The notes: generated by a model not told the origin, from the letters alone. DNA of 64,000 bases from Malacoraja senta (GCA_038087875.1 JAXLNO010005151.1:124001-188000), one strand, 5' to 3'. Positions 1-11,977 are shown, numbered from the stretch's first letter. Numbers and translations are program-made.

Positions 1-152
1 TATAAAACGTCCACAATTATTATTCGGTATGTGCTTAAAGGTATTATCTGTGAGCGACTACTTTCAGTTGTGCCAAGTAATGATGGTACAGGACAGGGAC
101 TTTTTGATCTATTGATTGAAACATTACAGCATCTTAAAATTGACCCCCAAAA

Positions 153-1826
153 ATGTTTATCTGTATTATGTTTAACTATATTACAAAGTTAGAAACTAGT
201 ATTCCAAATCTATTAAATCTAATAACACAATTTGGTCAGTTCTCAGGATATAGGATTAATTGGAATAAAAGTGAAATTATGCCAATAACAAAATTCAACT
301 TAAATACAATACAACAATCCCCTTTTAAAATAGTTAAAGATAAACTTAAATATTTAGGAATCTATGTAACTAAGACATATACCTCTTTATTTAAACAAAA
401 TTTTCCATCCTTACTTAATAAATTACACAAACATATTCAGTACTGGAAAACACTTCCTATTTCAATGCTTGGTAGAATTAATGCTATAAAAATGATTTTC
501 TTACCGCAACTACTATATTTATTTCAATTAATTCCGATATATATTCCAAAAAACGTTTTCAAAAAAGTCGACTCCATTGTTTCAAGCTTTATTTGGGATT
601 ATAAGAATCATAGAATAAGTAAAAAACATTTATGGAAGTCAAAGAGCAACGGAGGTTTGGCCTTGCCAAATTTATTATTTTATTTTTGGGCAGTCCATAT
701 TAAAAACATGAATTTCTGGCTGGAAGAAATGGACCAACAACCAGAATGGTTAAGGATGGGAAAGGAAGACTGTTTACCTTTTGAAATAGGTTCGATTATA
801 TTTGCTACCACAAAATTGCATAAAAAAACCTATAAGGAAAACCCTATAATACATAGTGGAATACGAATTTGGAAACAATTAAAAAAGGCTTTAAAACTGA
901 ATAATATACCACTATGCCTTCCCATTGTAAATAATCCTCTATTCAAGCCATCCATATTGGATAGAGGTTTTATACAATGGAAAAATCAGGGAATTAAAAG
1001 GATTGGACATCTTTATAGGGAAGGCATCTTTCTGTCATTTCAAGAGTTACAACAGAATCATGGACTACACTCAAATAACTTTTTCAGATATTTACAAATT
1101 AGAGATTATGTTAAATCCAATACACAAGTTTATAGGACTAGGGAACCAGAAATTCTTGATGAATGTTTGAATACGCATCCTAACACTGAAAAATTAATAG
1201 CTTATATTTATAACATTCTCCTAAATAATGAGGAACCACCGATGGAACTATATATACATAAATGGGAAAATGAGTTAGGTTATCCTATTACGAAAGATAT
1301 TTGGGACGAAAGTTTACAACATATACATCAATGTTCGTTAAATGCCAGACATGCTTTAATACAATTTAAAGTCTTACACAGATTACATTATTCCAAAATA
1401 AAACTAAATAGAATTTTCCCACATATTTCTCCTATATGTGATAAATGCCTGCATCTAGAGGCCAATTTAACACATACCTTTGCAAATTGTATAAAAATTA
1501 AAAATTACTGGACTGATATTTTTCAAATAATCTCTGAAGTTGTTAATACCAAATTGGCTCCAGACTCAAAATTAATAATACTTGGGATATCAGAACAAAG
1601 TTTAACACTCACAACAAGCCAAAGAAACTTCCTTGACTACAGTATAATAACAGGGAAAAAATTAATATTAAAATTCTGGAAAGGCCCTACAACCCCCACA
1701 ATTAAAATGTGGATTGTGGAAATGTCGGAGACCCTACATCTAGAAAGAATTAGACTTGTCTTAATGGACAAGCAAGAACTTTTTGTTAAAATATGGGCTC
1801 CATTCATTGCCTATTTGAAGGGATAG
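153..1826 (+). CDS. C-terminal portion of L1-clade ORF2 (end of RT plus CCHC zinc knuckle), 5'-truncated
   Basis: Motifs FGQFSGYRINWNKSE, KYLGI, GRINAIKMIFLPQLLYLF, GGLALPN, CDKC...HTFANC. The ATG at 153 lies in the TSD, so it is not the element's own start. Confidence 0.85.
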   Translation: MFICIMFNYITKLETSIPNLLNLITQFGQFSGYRINWNKSEIMPITKFNLNTIQQSPFKIVKDKLKYLGIYVTKTYTSLFKQNFPSLLNKLHKHIQYWKTLPISMLGRINAIKMIFLPQLLYLFQLIPIYIPKNVFKKVDSIVSSFIWDYKNHRISKKHLWKSKSNGGLALPNLLFYFWAVHIKNMNFWLEEMDQQPEWLRMGKEDCLPFEIGSIIFATTKLHKKTYKENPIIHSGIRIWKQLKKALKLNNIPLCLPIVNNPLFKPSILDRGFIQWKNQGIKRIGHLYREGIFLSFQELQQNHGLHSNNFFRYLQIRDYVKSNTQVYRTREPEILDECLNTHPNTEKLIAYIYNILLNNEEPPMELYIHKWENELGYPITKDIWDESLQHIHQCSLNARHALIQFKVLHRLHYSKIKLNRIFPHISPICDKCLHLEANLTHTFANCIKIKNYWTDIFQIISEVVNTKLAPDSKLIILGISEQSLTLTTSQRNFLDYSIITGKKLILKFWKGPTTPTIKMWIVEMSETLHLERIRLVLMDKQELFVKIWAPFIAYLKG

Positions 1827-2171
1827 AGTGGCCCAGCGCGAAAGCCCGACTGAAGCTTGAACTCAGGATTAGATGTAATTATATTTCATAACCTACGAAC
1901 TTATCTCCTATGACGTATTATAAGTTATTCATTCCACCTCTTTTTCTTTTTTGATATTGTAATTCTTCTTTCTCTCTTTTCTTTCTTCTTTCTCTCTATT
2001 TTTCTTTTTCTATCTATATAAAAAAAAAACACTAGAAGCAGAAATAACTGACAATTGACAAATTTAATAATGTATGAGTGATTGATGTATATGAAAAGTT
2101 TTTTCTTCTATTATAATATGTTACTCTACATTGTAATATGTTTGCTTCTAATAAAAATTTATATCACAAAA
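164..2171 (+). mobile_element. 5'-truncated L1-clade (L1/Tx1-like) LINE inserted into the hAT transposase
   Basis: 15-bp TSD AAAAATGTTTATCTG at 149-163 and 2172-2186; T-rich 3' UTR; AATAAA at 2150-2155 and a short A tail; uninterrupted ORF2 C-terminal part. Confidence 0.92.
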
Positions 2172-2275
2172 AAAAATGTTTATCTGATAGCACAGATGGC
2201 GCTGCAAGCTACTATGGCCAGTATAATGGTTTACAAAGTAAAATTGCTGATGTGGCTGATCAACATGTTCATATA

Positions 2276-2330
2276 CAATACAATACAATACGGTTTTATT
2301 CGTCACATTGCACATAAAGTGCAAGTGAAA
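2276..2330 (-). mobile_element. 55-bp LINE 3'-tail fragment inserted in the hAT CxxH-motif region
   Basis: Removing it restores CAT ATA TGG TGC TAT GCC CAT (HIWCYAH). The minus strand ends GTGACGAATAAAACC plus (GTATT)n, like other LINE tails in the window. Confidence 0.65.
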
Positions 2331-4020
2331 TGGTGCTATGCCCATGTCTTGAATTTGGTGATAACTGAAACAACAAATGTTGTGAGCCTGCAGTTTCTTT
2401 TTTCAATTTGCTCCAGAATAGAGCAACTTTTGTGAAAGCATCATACAAGAGAATGGCTGTATGGATAGAAGTTGTTGGAAAACATCTAGGATAAGAAAAA
2501 AATGAAACGATTAAAGCTAATTGGTGAGACCAGATGGTCAGGAAAATCCAATGCAGCAACAACTATATTTGGAAGTTTTGATGATGCCGCTGCCAGTACT
2601 TTCGTAAATCTATTGACATGATTATCAATGATACAAGATTCAGAAAAGTTTGATGCAAAAACAAAACATGAAGCAAATGTTTTACTTCAAAGTCTTCTAA
2701 AGTTTGAAACCATATTGACAGCATTTCTTTACTTGTATATATTTGAAACTACAACCCGTTATCAAGTTATCTACAGACAAGTGGGTTAGATATGTTTACT
2801 GCATGGAGTTTGGTAGATTCAGCTACAACAAAGTTGAAGGAACAGACAAGAACATTTAATAACGTTCACAGCAAGGCTTTGGAATTTGTAAAGAAATGTA
2901 ATGACAGGATTTCACAGATGAATATGGATGAAAATCAAACATTGGAAATTATTGCGTTGGAAACAGCATTGCCAGTTAAGAGGCAGAGGAAGAAGAAAAG
3001 AATGGCAGATGAGCTTATTGATGATAAAAGAAATTCCTCAGATTCTCTAGCTGATTTTTGAGTAAATGTGTTTAACCCAATAATGGATCGCATTGTCCAG
3101 TCACTAGAATCACGCTTTGTACAACACAAACAGTTGTATAAAGATTTGTCCTGCTTGGACCCAGCAAAGTTTAAAACTATTGCAGAGAAGGGCCTTGAAG
3201 ATGAAGCATTGGAAGGTATTATTAAGCTGTTTCCACAAATCAGCAAAGATCAAGTAATATTGGAATTGTTTTCTTTTGCTTCAAACTTTGATGTATTAAA
3301 GTTGCTTAATGATGGTGAGAATATGGATTCCAGTTGCAACAATTGTAAAATGTGCAGCACTTGCCCATCGAGTGTACTAAACATTCTGGCATCCAACAGA
3401 CTTCATGACAAGGCATATGATAACCTTTATCAACTTTATAAAGTCATCTGCACACTATCAGTTACTCAAGTCCAATGTGAGAGGACATTTTCAAAGCTAA
3501 AGATCATAAAGACAAGGTTAAGAAATTCGCTGTCTGAGGAGAATTTGGAATCATACATGTTGCTAACCATTGAAAAGGAATTGTTAGATGAATTGGATGC
3601 AGAAGCAATTATTGGCAGATTCGCACAATCATCTAGCGAACACAAACGATTGCTCTTAATATAGTGGACTGCATGCAATGCTCTATTGTGCTTTTCAACT
3701 ATCTGTTAATGTGTAAATTGTGCAGTAAATTATTTTAAAATATCAACCAATTACTTAAAATTAAAAAAAAAAAAAATTATAACATTCTGTATTTACATTC
3801 GGTATCTACTGCCAGTAATATGTACAGTACATGTACACTGTAATTACTAAGAACCATTTTTTTCACAAAAATTTTAAATTGTACCCTTTTTTCCATATGT
3901 ATTTTTTGAAAATATTATTTATTCGTTATGAAAATTAAATGATAGCATTGTAGTTGTGGGTGGGCCCCCTTTGTCTCCTGGCAACCAATATTTTTAGACC
4001 CAGTCCGCCACTGCTTGCGG

Positions 4021-4852
4021 CACTCCACTCGCCACTTACTGCCATTCTGAAAAGGACCCGTTCACTCCTACTCTTTGCTTCCGGTCTGCCAACCAATTTT
4101 CTATCCATGTCAACACCTTACCCCCAATACCATGAGCTCTAATTTTAGTCACCAGTGTCCCGTGCGGGACCTTATCAAATGCTTTCTGAAAGTCTAGATA
4201 CACTACATCCACTGGCACCCCTTCATCCATTTTACTTGTCACATCCTCAAAAAATTCCAGAAGATTAGTCAAGCATGATTTCCCTTTCATAAATCCATGT
4301 TGACGGACTAATCCTTTTACTGCTATCCAAATGCCCCATTATTACCTCTTTAATAATTGACTCCAGCATCTTTCCCACCACCGAAGTCAGGCTAACTGGT
4401 CTGTAATTCCCTGTTTTCTCTCTCGCTCCTTTCTTGAAAAGTGGTATAACATTAGCTATCCTCCAATCCACAGGAACTGATCCTGAATCTATTGAACATT
4501 GGAAAATGATCACCAATGCATCCACTATTTCTAGAGCCACCTCCCTGAGGACCCTGGGATGCAGACCATCAGGTCCAGGGGATTTATCATCCTTCAGTCC
4601 CATTAGCCTACCCAATACTATTTCTCGCCTAATGAAAATTTCTTTCAGTTCCTCTACCCCCTTAGATCCTCTGTCCTCCAGTACATCTGGGAGATTGTTT
4701 GTGTCTTCCTTAGTGAAGACAGATCCGAAGTACCTATTCAACTCTTCTGCCATTTCCTTGTTGCCCATAATAATTTCACCCGTGTCTGCCTTCAAGGGAC
4801 CCACATTTGACTTTGCTACTCTTTTTCCCTTAACATCTTTAAGCTTCTTTAC
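4021..4852 (-). mobile_element. CR1-clade LINE ORF2/RT fragment (frameshifted)
   Basis: ORFs 4265-4804 and 4036-4290: KSPGPDGLHPRVLRE, NYRPVSLTSVVGKMLE, KSCLTNLLEFFEDVT, DVVYLDFQKAFDKVPH. Confidence 0.9.
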
Positions 4853-5129
4853 TCAATACTCTGACTGATGAAGGACAAAGTGCCAAAATATTTTTTGACC
4901 ACCTAATATACCAGCGACTCAACCTTCAAGGAACCATGCAACCATCAACCATTCCTCTGCCCACCTGGCTAATTGATCGAGATCCTGCTGCAATCTTTCA
5001 CAACCATTTTCACTATTTGCAAATCCACTCACTTCTGTATCATCAGCAAACTTGCTAATCTTGCCCTGTTCTGTGACGTTTCACAGAGTGCTGGAGTAAC
5101 TGAGTGCTGGAGTAATATTGCGAGGTCAG

Positions 5130-5990
5130 GCTGAGTACAGAAGTTGGGAGGTCATGTTGCAGTTGTATAAGAAGTTGATGAGGCCGCATTTAGAGTATTG
5201 TATTCAGTTCTGGGCACCATGTAATAGGAAAGATGTCATTAAACTGGAAAGGGTACAGTGAAGATTTACGAGGATGTTGCCTCAGGACTAGAGGGCCAAG
5301 CTATAGGGAGAGGTTGAGTAGGCTGGTACTCTATTTCATGGAGCACAGGAGGATGAGGGATGATCTAATAGAGGTGTATAAAATCATGATTTGAATAGAT
5401 ATGGTTGAGTCTTTTGCGCAGAGTAGGTGAATCGGGGAGCAGAGGACATAAGTTCAAGGTGAAGGGCTAAATCTTTAATAGGAATCTGACAGGTATATTT
5501 TTCACACAAAGGGTGGTAGGTGTATGGAACAAGCTGCCAGAGGAGGTACAGACAGGGACTATCGCAAAATTTAAGAAACACTTAAACAGGTATATGGATA
5601 GGACATGTTCGGAGAGATATGGATCAAATGTGGACAGGACTAGTGTAGATGGGACATGCTGGGCCGAAGGGCCTGTTTCCACACTGTATCTCTCTATGAC
5701 TATCTATCTTTCCCTCTCAAACCCATTCTCCTGCCTTCTCCCCATTACCTCTGACACCTGTATCAATCAAGAATCTATCAATCTCCTCCTGAAAAGTGTC
5801 CATTGACTTGACCTCCACAGCTGTCTGTGGCAATGAATTCCACAGTTCACCACCTTCTGACTTAAGAAATTCCTGCTCATCTTCTTCCTAAAGGAATGTA
5901 TTTTAATTCTGAGGCTGTGGCCACTGGTCCTAGACTCTCCCACTAGTGGAAACATCCTCTCCACATCCACTCCATCCAGGTTTTTACCAG
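5130..5990. mobile_element. Two CR1-clade 3' fragments in opposite orientation (about 5130-5700 +, 5717-5990 -)
   Basis: Decayed RPHLEYCxQFWAP and VGVWNKLPEEV motifs with the family 3' tail GAAGGGCCTGTTTCCACACTGTAT. Confidence 0.75.
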
Positions 5991-6159
5991 GCTGGGACAG
6001 ACGGCAACAGCTTCACACCGTGTCCCAAAGCTTGTGTCCTGTCCTGCTTCACCCAGGCAGCAGAGACGTTATAGGAGAGGGCAAGCACCGTCACAAAGTA
6101 GCTCACGATGGTTTGGGTAACATTCAGGAATGTCTATGCATGTCACATCATCAATATAA

Positions 6160-6450
6160 CTGAAGAAGGGTCTTGACCCGAAATATAATCTATACCTTTT
6201 CTCCAGAGATGCTGCCTGACCCAGTGATTTGCTCCAGCACTCTGTGAAATGTCACCTATCCATGTTCTCCGCAGATGCTGCCTGACTCACTGAGTTACTC
6301 CAGCGCTCTGTGACATGTCACCTATCCATGTTCTCCAGAGATGCTGCCTGACCCACTGAGTTACTCCAGCACTCTGTGACATGTCACCTATCCATGTTCT
6401 CCACAGTTGCTGCCTGACCCGCTGAGTTACTCCAGCACTTTGTGTCTATT
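6160..6450 (+). repeat. Penelope-derived 3' end followed by about 4 tandem copies of a ~66-bp unit
   Basis: The unit GATGCTGCCTGACCCACTGAGTTACTCCAGCACTCTGTGACATGTCACCTATCCATGTTCTCC recurs with few substitutions. Confidence 0.8.
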
Positions 6451-7365
6451 TTCCCTTCAGCCATGTGCCCAAGCCCACTCTCCCCTCTCCTTTCCTATGT
6501 TCCTTTCCACCCATAAACCTATCTCTACCTTTACATTTCACTCCTCTTTCAAATCTGCTCTACTTATCTACATGCATTTTTCTTCTTAACTTTTTAGTCA
6601 TAGAATGATGCAGTGTGGAAACAGGCCCTTCAGCCCAACTTGCCCACACCGACCAACATGTCCCATCTAAACTAGTCCCACTCACACGCGTCTGGCCCAT
6701 ATCCATGTAAACCTCTCCTATCCATGTACGTGTCCAAATGTCTCTTAAACATTAGGATAGTCCCAGCCTTAACTACCTCCTCTGGCAGCTTGTTCCATAT
6801 ACCCACCACCCTTTGTGTGAAAAAGCTACCTCTCAGATTCCTGTTAATTTCTGAAATATTGGTCATGAATTTGATGCAAAAATGCTCCAAAATAAGGCTC
6901 AGAATGCATCAGAGAGCATCTAAAACCCCTGGACCCTGGCATCGAGGGACTTCACACTTCACGCTCGTGATGTGCACAGCGCGCACATTATTTCACATTA
7001 CAATCATGCACAGCGCGCACATTATTTCACATTACAATCTTTTTTGTGATCCTGTCATGCCACCCCCCTTTTTGAAAAGCTTCGTACGGGACTGAGTTGG
7101 GAAGGCATGTTGGTGCTTTACAGGTCATCAGCCACTGTGTAGCACTGGGAGATGGTACTGATGAGTACAGTTTAGTCCTGGCACAGCAGTGTGTACTGAT
7201 AGGGACAGATCTATCACTGCATAACAGAGAATGCTGGAGAAACTCAAGAGGTCAGGCAGCATCTGTGGAGGGAATGGACAGACAACATTTTTAGTTGGGA
7301 CTATTCTTCACACTGATTGTAGTATGGGGGAAGAAAGCTGGAAAAGAAAGCTGCCGTCCAAAAAC

Positions 7366-7905
7366 GAAAACTTGAATAAGCCCTTGATATAAGCCTGGCC
7401 GATTGTTTCACTGAACACCTTCACTCATTCCGCCTGGACCTACCTGATCTCCCGGTTCCCAAACACTTTACTTCCCCTTCCCATTCCCACACTGACCTTT
7501 CAGTCCTGGGCCTCCTCTTTTGTCAGAGTGAGGCCAAACGCAAATTAGAGGAACAGCATCTCATATTTCACTTGGGCAGCTTACAACCAGTGGTATGAAT
7601 ATTGAGTTCTCTGACTTCGTAATCCCTGCATTCCCTCTCTCTCCATCCCTCCCCCACCCAAGTCGTACCAGCTTCAAAGTCCCTTCTCACCTAACAAACA
7701 GCTAACAATGACCTGTTTTCTTTATCATCATTACTTTTGTGCAAATCTTTCATTGATTTGATCTATAGCTCTCTACATCACCGTCTATATCTCCCTTCCC
7801 TTTCCGCAGTCTGAAGAAGGGTCTCAAACCGAAATGTCACCTTTTCTCCAGAGATGCTATCTGACCAGGTGAGTTACTCCAGCTTTTTGTGTCTATCTTC
7901 AGTGT
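7366..7905 (+). mobile_element. Penelope-like element 3' fragment (decayed GIY-YIG C-terminus plus hammerhead-like motif at 7811-7838)
   Basis: Clearly homologous to the better-preserved copies at 23907, 49160 and 56020. Confidence 0.75.
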
Positions 7906-8659
7906 AAGCTATAGCTTGCAAAAGGGTGGTTAATAAATATTATGTGAATGCTGCAGTGGGATTAAACAATGTCGACAATTGATGCGTAACTGACAGGAAG
8001 CAAAACTTTTTGTAAAATATCTCCTTTGTTCTGGAGGTGCATAACAATGTTGTCACTGCCCCTGTAGCATCTGGTGCCCTCTTGTGGTCAAAGTTACAGT
8101 AATCTGGCGGTTGCTGTCCACAGATATTTTATTACAAATTTGGAACAACAAAATTGATGCTGAGTCTCATCCCGGAATGTCAATAATTTCCTCCCTCCCC
8201 ACAGATGCTGCTCGACCGCTGAGTTCCCCTAGGCTCCAGCAGTTTGTTTGTTGCTCCAGATTATGAGAGGCGTAGACAGTCAGAACCATTCACCAGTTTG
8301 GAAATGCTCAACTTTAGAGGCCAGAGCTAGAAAGTGAAAAGGGGAAGGTTTAATGGAGAAGTAGAGGGCATGTTTCTTTATACAGTGGGCGGGCGGGGGG
8401 GGGGTGGAACGCACTGTATGGGTGGTGGTAGTGCAGATATGATAGTAGGATTTAAGAGACTTTCAGATATGCACATGGAAGTGCGGGGAATAATAATGAA
8501 TTTTATTTATGGGCGCCTTATACCGAGGTCTCAAGGACACCTTACAGAGATTTATGGTTAACATATAATCAGAATTAAAAAAATAAGTTATAAAGGCCAA
8601 TACACAAATCAGGGACAGAATTCCTTCCAAAAACACAAAAAAGAAAATCAGACCATTTT

Positions 8660-8965
8660 GTTTAGTTTTAGAGATACAGCGCTGAAATAGTCCCTTCATC
8701 CTACTGAGTCCGCGCCGACCAGCGATCCCCATAAACCAGCACCATCCGACACAGGTGAGACAATTTACCATTGTTTTTACCGAAGGACAATAACTTACAA
8801 ACCTGTATGTCTTTGGAGTGTGGGAGGAAATCAGAGCTCCCGGAGAAATCCCATGTGATCACGGGGAGAACGTACAAACACCTTACTGACAGCACCCGTT
8901 GTCAGGATCGAACCCGGGTCTCTGGCGCTGTAAGACAGCAGCTCCACCGCTGCGCCATTGTGCCA
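8660..8965 (-). mobile_element. V-SINE (HE1-like) tRNA-derived SINE
   Basis: Minus strand: tRNA-like head GTGGCACAATGGCGCAGCGGTGGAG...GGTTCGATCC, V-core GGGAGCTCTGATTTCCTCCCACACTCCAAAGAC, CR1-derived tail ending in (CTAAA)n-like repeats. About 15 further copies, e.g. 15455-15770 +, 20580-20880 -, 22480-22770 -, 33850-34170 -, 47527-47837 +, 48440-48750 -, 52710-53000 +, 62495-62790 +. Confidence 0.8.
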
Positions 8966-11797
8966 CCCCTAAATATGTTCACTATTCTATTGCAGAATCT
9001 CCAATCTCTCCCTCAATGTCAGCAAGGTGAATTTGAAGGAGCTAGTTATCGACTGCTGGAAGGAAGATGGTGTACAAGCCATAAGCTTCTGGGATGCACC
9101 GCAGCGGCAGAAGCAAATGACCACGGATCGCCCCACGGAACCCAACACGAATCGACCAGGCGGCCGCCGAGAACGAAGATGGACTCGGCCGGTCGCCTGC
9201 AGCCATATGTGGCGGCAGGTTTGGTTCGCCGGTGTGAAGAGCAACCCGGTGGAAGCTGCTGAGCTTGGCCCCGAAACCCGGAGAGTCGTGGAGGAGGGAG
9301 CCGCTGCCGCCGACGGACGCAAGGAATGGGCCGCTAAGAGAGGGACTGAGGTATTACCTCCAGGAGAGGAGTTGCCTCCCGGGACACAGAGCCAGTTGGG
9401 CGAGGAGAGGGACGTCTGTTGGCTGGCCGAGCTGGTCGAGGGTGACGGAGGAGGCCCCCCTGGCAATAGCCTGGGGTTTAACTGAGCTTACGTGGATCGG
9501 GGGCGCCCCAGTAAATCCAACATACGGACCGGACATTGGACTTTTTCTTTTTCTTTTGTAAATACTGCCAAATTACGGCGACGGGAGCAAGAATTTCACT
9601 GTGCAGTGCATAAGTGACAATAAAGAATCATTGAAACATTGAAGTCAGAATCAATACTGTAGAAGTGCGAGTGCTGAAGTGGGAATGGTGAAGAACTTCA
9701 AATTCCTCGGCATGAACAACCTGTTGCATTTTAGTCACTGGGGCAGAACTTTTAAAAGAATGGACGTTTAACAATCCATCTGCAGCAATATAGAAACAGA
9801 GAAAGCAGGTGCAGGAGTAGAAAATTATGGCCTTCAAGCCAGCACCGTCATTCAATATGATCATGGCTGAGCATCCAGAATCAATACCCTGTTCCTGCTT
9901 TCTCCCCATATCCCTTGATTCTGTAGCCCTAAGATCTAACTCTCTCTTGAAGACATCGAGTGAATTGGCCTCCACTGCCTTCTGTGGCAGAGAATTCCAC
10001 AGATTCACAACTATCTGGGTGAAAGCGTTTTTCTTCATCTCATTCCTAAATGGCCTACCCTTTACTCGTAAACTGTGACTCCTGGTTCTGGACTCCCCCC
10101 AATATCGGGAACATTTTTCCTGCATCTAACTGTCCAATCCCTTAAGAATTTTATATGCGTCTATAAGATCCCATCTCATCCTAAATTCCAGTGAATATAA
10201 GCCCAGTCAGTCCATTCTTTCATCATATGTTAGTCCCGCCATACCGGGAAAAGAAATATTTTACTTTTTTATTGAACAATATCCTTGATTTTTTTGCTTT
10301 AAAAAAAAACATTCTGTTCCAGTCCCACCACAGAGATTTTTTGCTATATAATTCTTTGGCTCCTTTCCGCCTTCAATCAATTGAAAGCCAGAGTGGTAAA
10401 GACACTATTCATAGCATTGAGTATAAGAGTCAGGAAGTCATATGCTGCTTTATGGAACTTCAAAGATAGACACAAAATGCTGGAGTAACTCAGTGGGACA
10501 GGCAGCATCTCTGGATAGAAGGAATGGCTGACATTTCTGGTTGAGTCCCTTCAGGCTGAAGAGGAAAGGGAGACATGGAGATAAGGAAGTGTAAGGTATG
10601 AAAGAATGACATCAAATGAGATGTAGTTCAAGGAAAATGTAGAATAGATCATTATTAGCCAGGAGTAGGTGTGAACGAAGCATACATAGATAATTTTTAA
10701 TCAGGGGGACAGTCAGACTGGTCGGAGAATAGAACTTCAGATAGGCCACTTTTAGAATATTATCGGCATTTCTGGTTGCCCCAATGCAGGATGAATTTGG
10801 AAGCATGGAATTTGTGCAGAGGTGGTTTGCCAGAATGATGCACAGATTAGATATTAGCTGGAAGGAGAGGTTGGACAGACTTAGATTGTAATCGCTAGAA
10901 TGCTGGAGGTTGATAAAAGTATATAAAACTATGAGAGGCATAGATGGGATAGAGAGTCAGAATCTTTTCCACAGGGTGTAAATATAAAGTAATGGAGAGC
11001 ATAGTTTTCAGGTGAGTGGGACATGGTGTAAAGGGCCATGTATTAACAGAAGGCTCAATGAGAGATTTCTGCACTGATGTTGAGACTGAGCTGCACATTT
11101 ACACCTAGACACAACTTTAAACTGAGCTCATGTCTCTCCTCCCAGCTGAAAAAAAAGACGCATGGTATTACCTCAAATAAGGGCTGGGAAATTATTACAC
11201 ATGCATTGTCCAATTTTTATTACTTAAGCAATAACAGTAAAGTGGACTAAAGACAGACACAAAAATGTTAGATAGAGCTCTAGAGGCTGGTGGAATCAAG
11301 GGATATGGGGAGAAGGCAGGCATTGATTGGGGACGATCAGCCATGATCACCATGAATGGCAGTGCTGGCTCGAAGGGCCGAAGGGCCTCCTCATGCACCT
11401 ATTTTCTATGCTTATAAAAAGATGGAGTAACTCAGCAGGTCAGGCAGCACTTCTGGGAAAAAGGAAAAGGTGACGATTTGTGTTGAGACCCTTCCCGAAA
11501 TGTCACCTATTCCTTTCCCCCAGAAATGCTGCCTGACCCGCTGAGTTACTCCAGCTTTTTGCATCTGCCTACAGTAAAACAAGCATCTGCAGTTCCTTCC
11601 TACACAGTAAAGTAGACTTCTGGTTTATCTAACACTGCAGTTTGTGGAATTGACTGCATTCTGAATTGTAAAATCATTATACTTTGAGAAACATCTATTC
11701 GGCTGTAAGATGCTATGTGAAATATGATTTTGTAATTGTTGTCCTTAAAACACCAATATAATCCCTACCATAAAACCCAATCCGTAAACTGTATTCA

Positions 11798-11905
11798 CTG
11801 GTAATTAGTGACGAGAACAAGTGGTCTCATTCCCATTGGATCTGGTTATCAGGTTTGTGTATACATGGACCAATAATTACCTTCACACCAGAGTTCTGTT
11901 AAAAA
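11798..11905 (+). promoter_or_regulatory. Putative MHC class I proximal promoter: X1-X2 (CTGGTAATTAG-TGACG), inverted CCAAT/Y box (ATTGG), forward CCAAT, TATA-like TTAAAA
   Basis: TGACG at 11809-11813; CTCATTCCCATTGG with ATTGG at 11835-11839 (21-nt spacer); CCAAT at 11870-11874; TTAAAAA at 11899-11905. It lies in unique, non-repeat sequence directly upstream of the leader exon. Confidence 0.6.
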
Positions 11906-11977
11906 CGTACAAGAGATTATGTTACTGTTGCTGCATTTACTCTGCTGGTTAAATAGTGCTGTGGGCGGCTGTTAAAC

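Larger units (their letters stand above)
1..4013 (+). mobile_element. Degenerate hAT-superfamily DNA transposon (ZMYM1-like transposase), left end outside window, interrupted by an L1 and a short LINE tail
   Basis: Frame from 1 reads YKTSTIIIRYVLKGIICERLL...IDPQKCLS and resumes after the L1 at 2187 as DSTDGAASYYGQYNGLQ, then WCYAHVLNL (2331), GETRWSG (~2520) and the C-terminal dimerization motif VTQVQCERTFSKLKIIKTRLRNSL (ORF 3068-3664). Frameshifts and stops lie between these. Right end CCAGTCCGCCACTG (4000-4013) reads CAGTGGCGGACTGG on the other strand, a hAT-type TIR. Confidence 0.85.

Noticed and set aside
6200-6450. Regularly spaced repeats as a CRISPR array
   Set aside because: Units are contiguous with no unique spacers and derive from a Penelope terminus.
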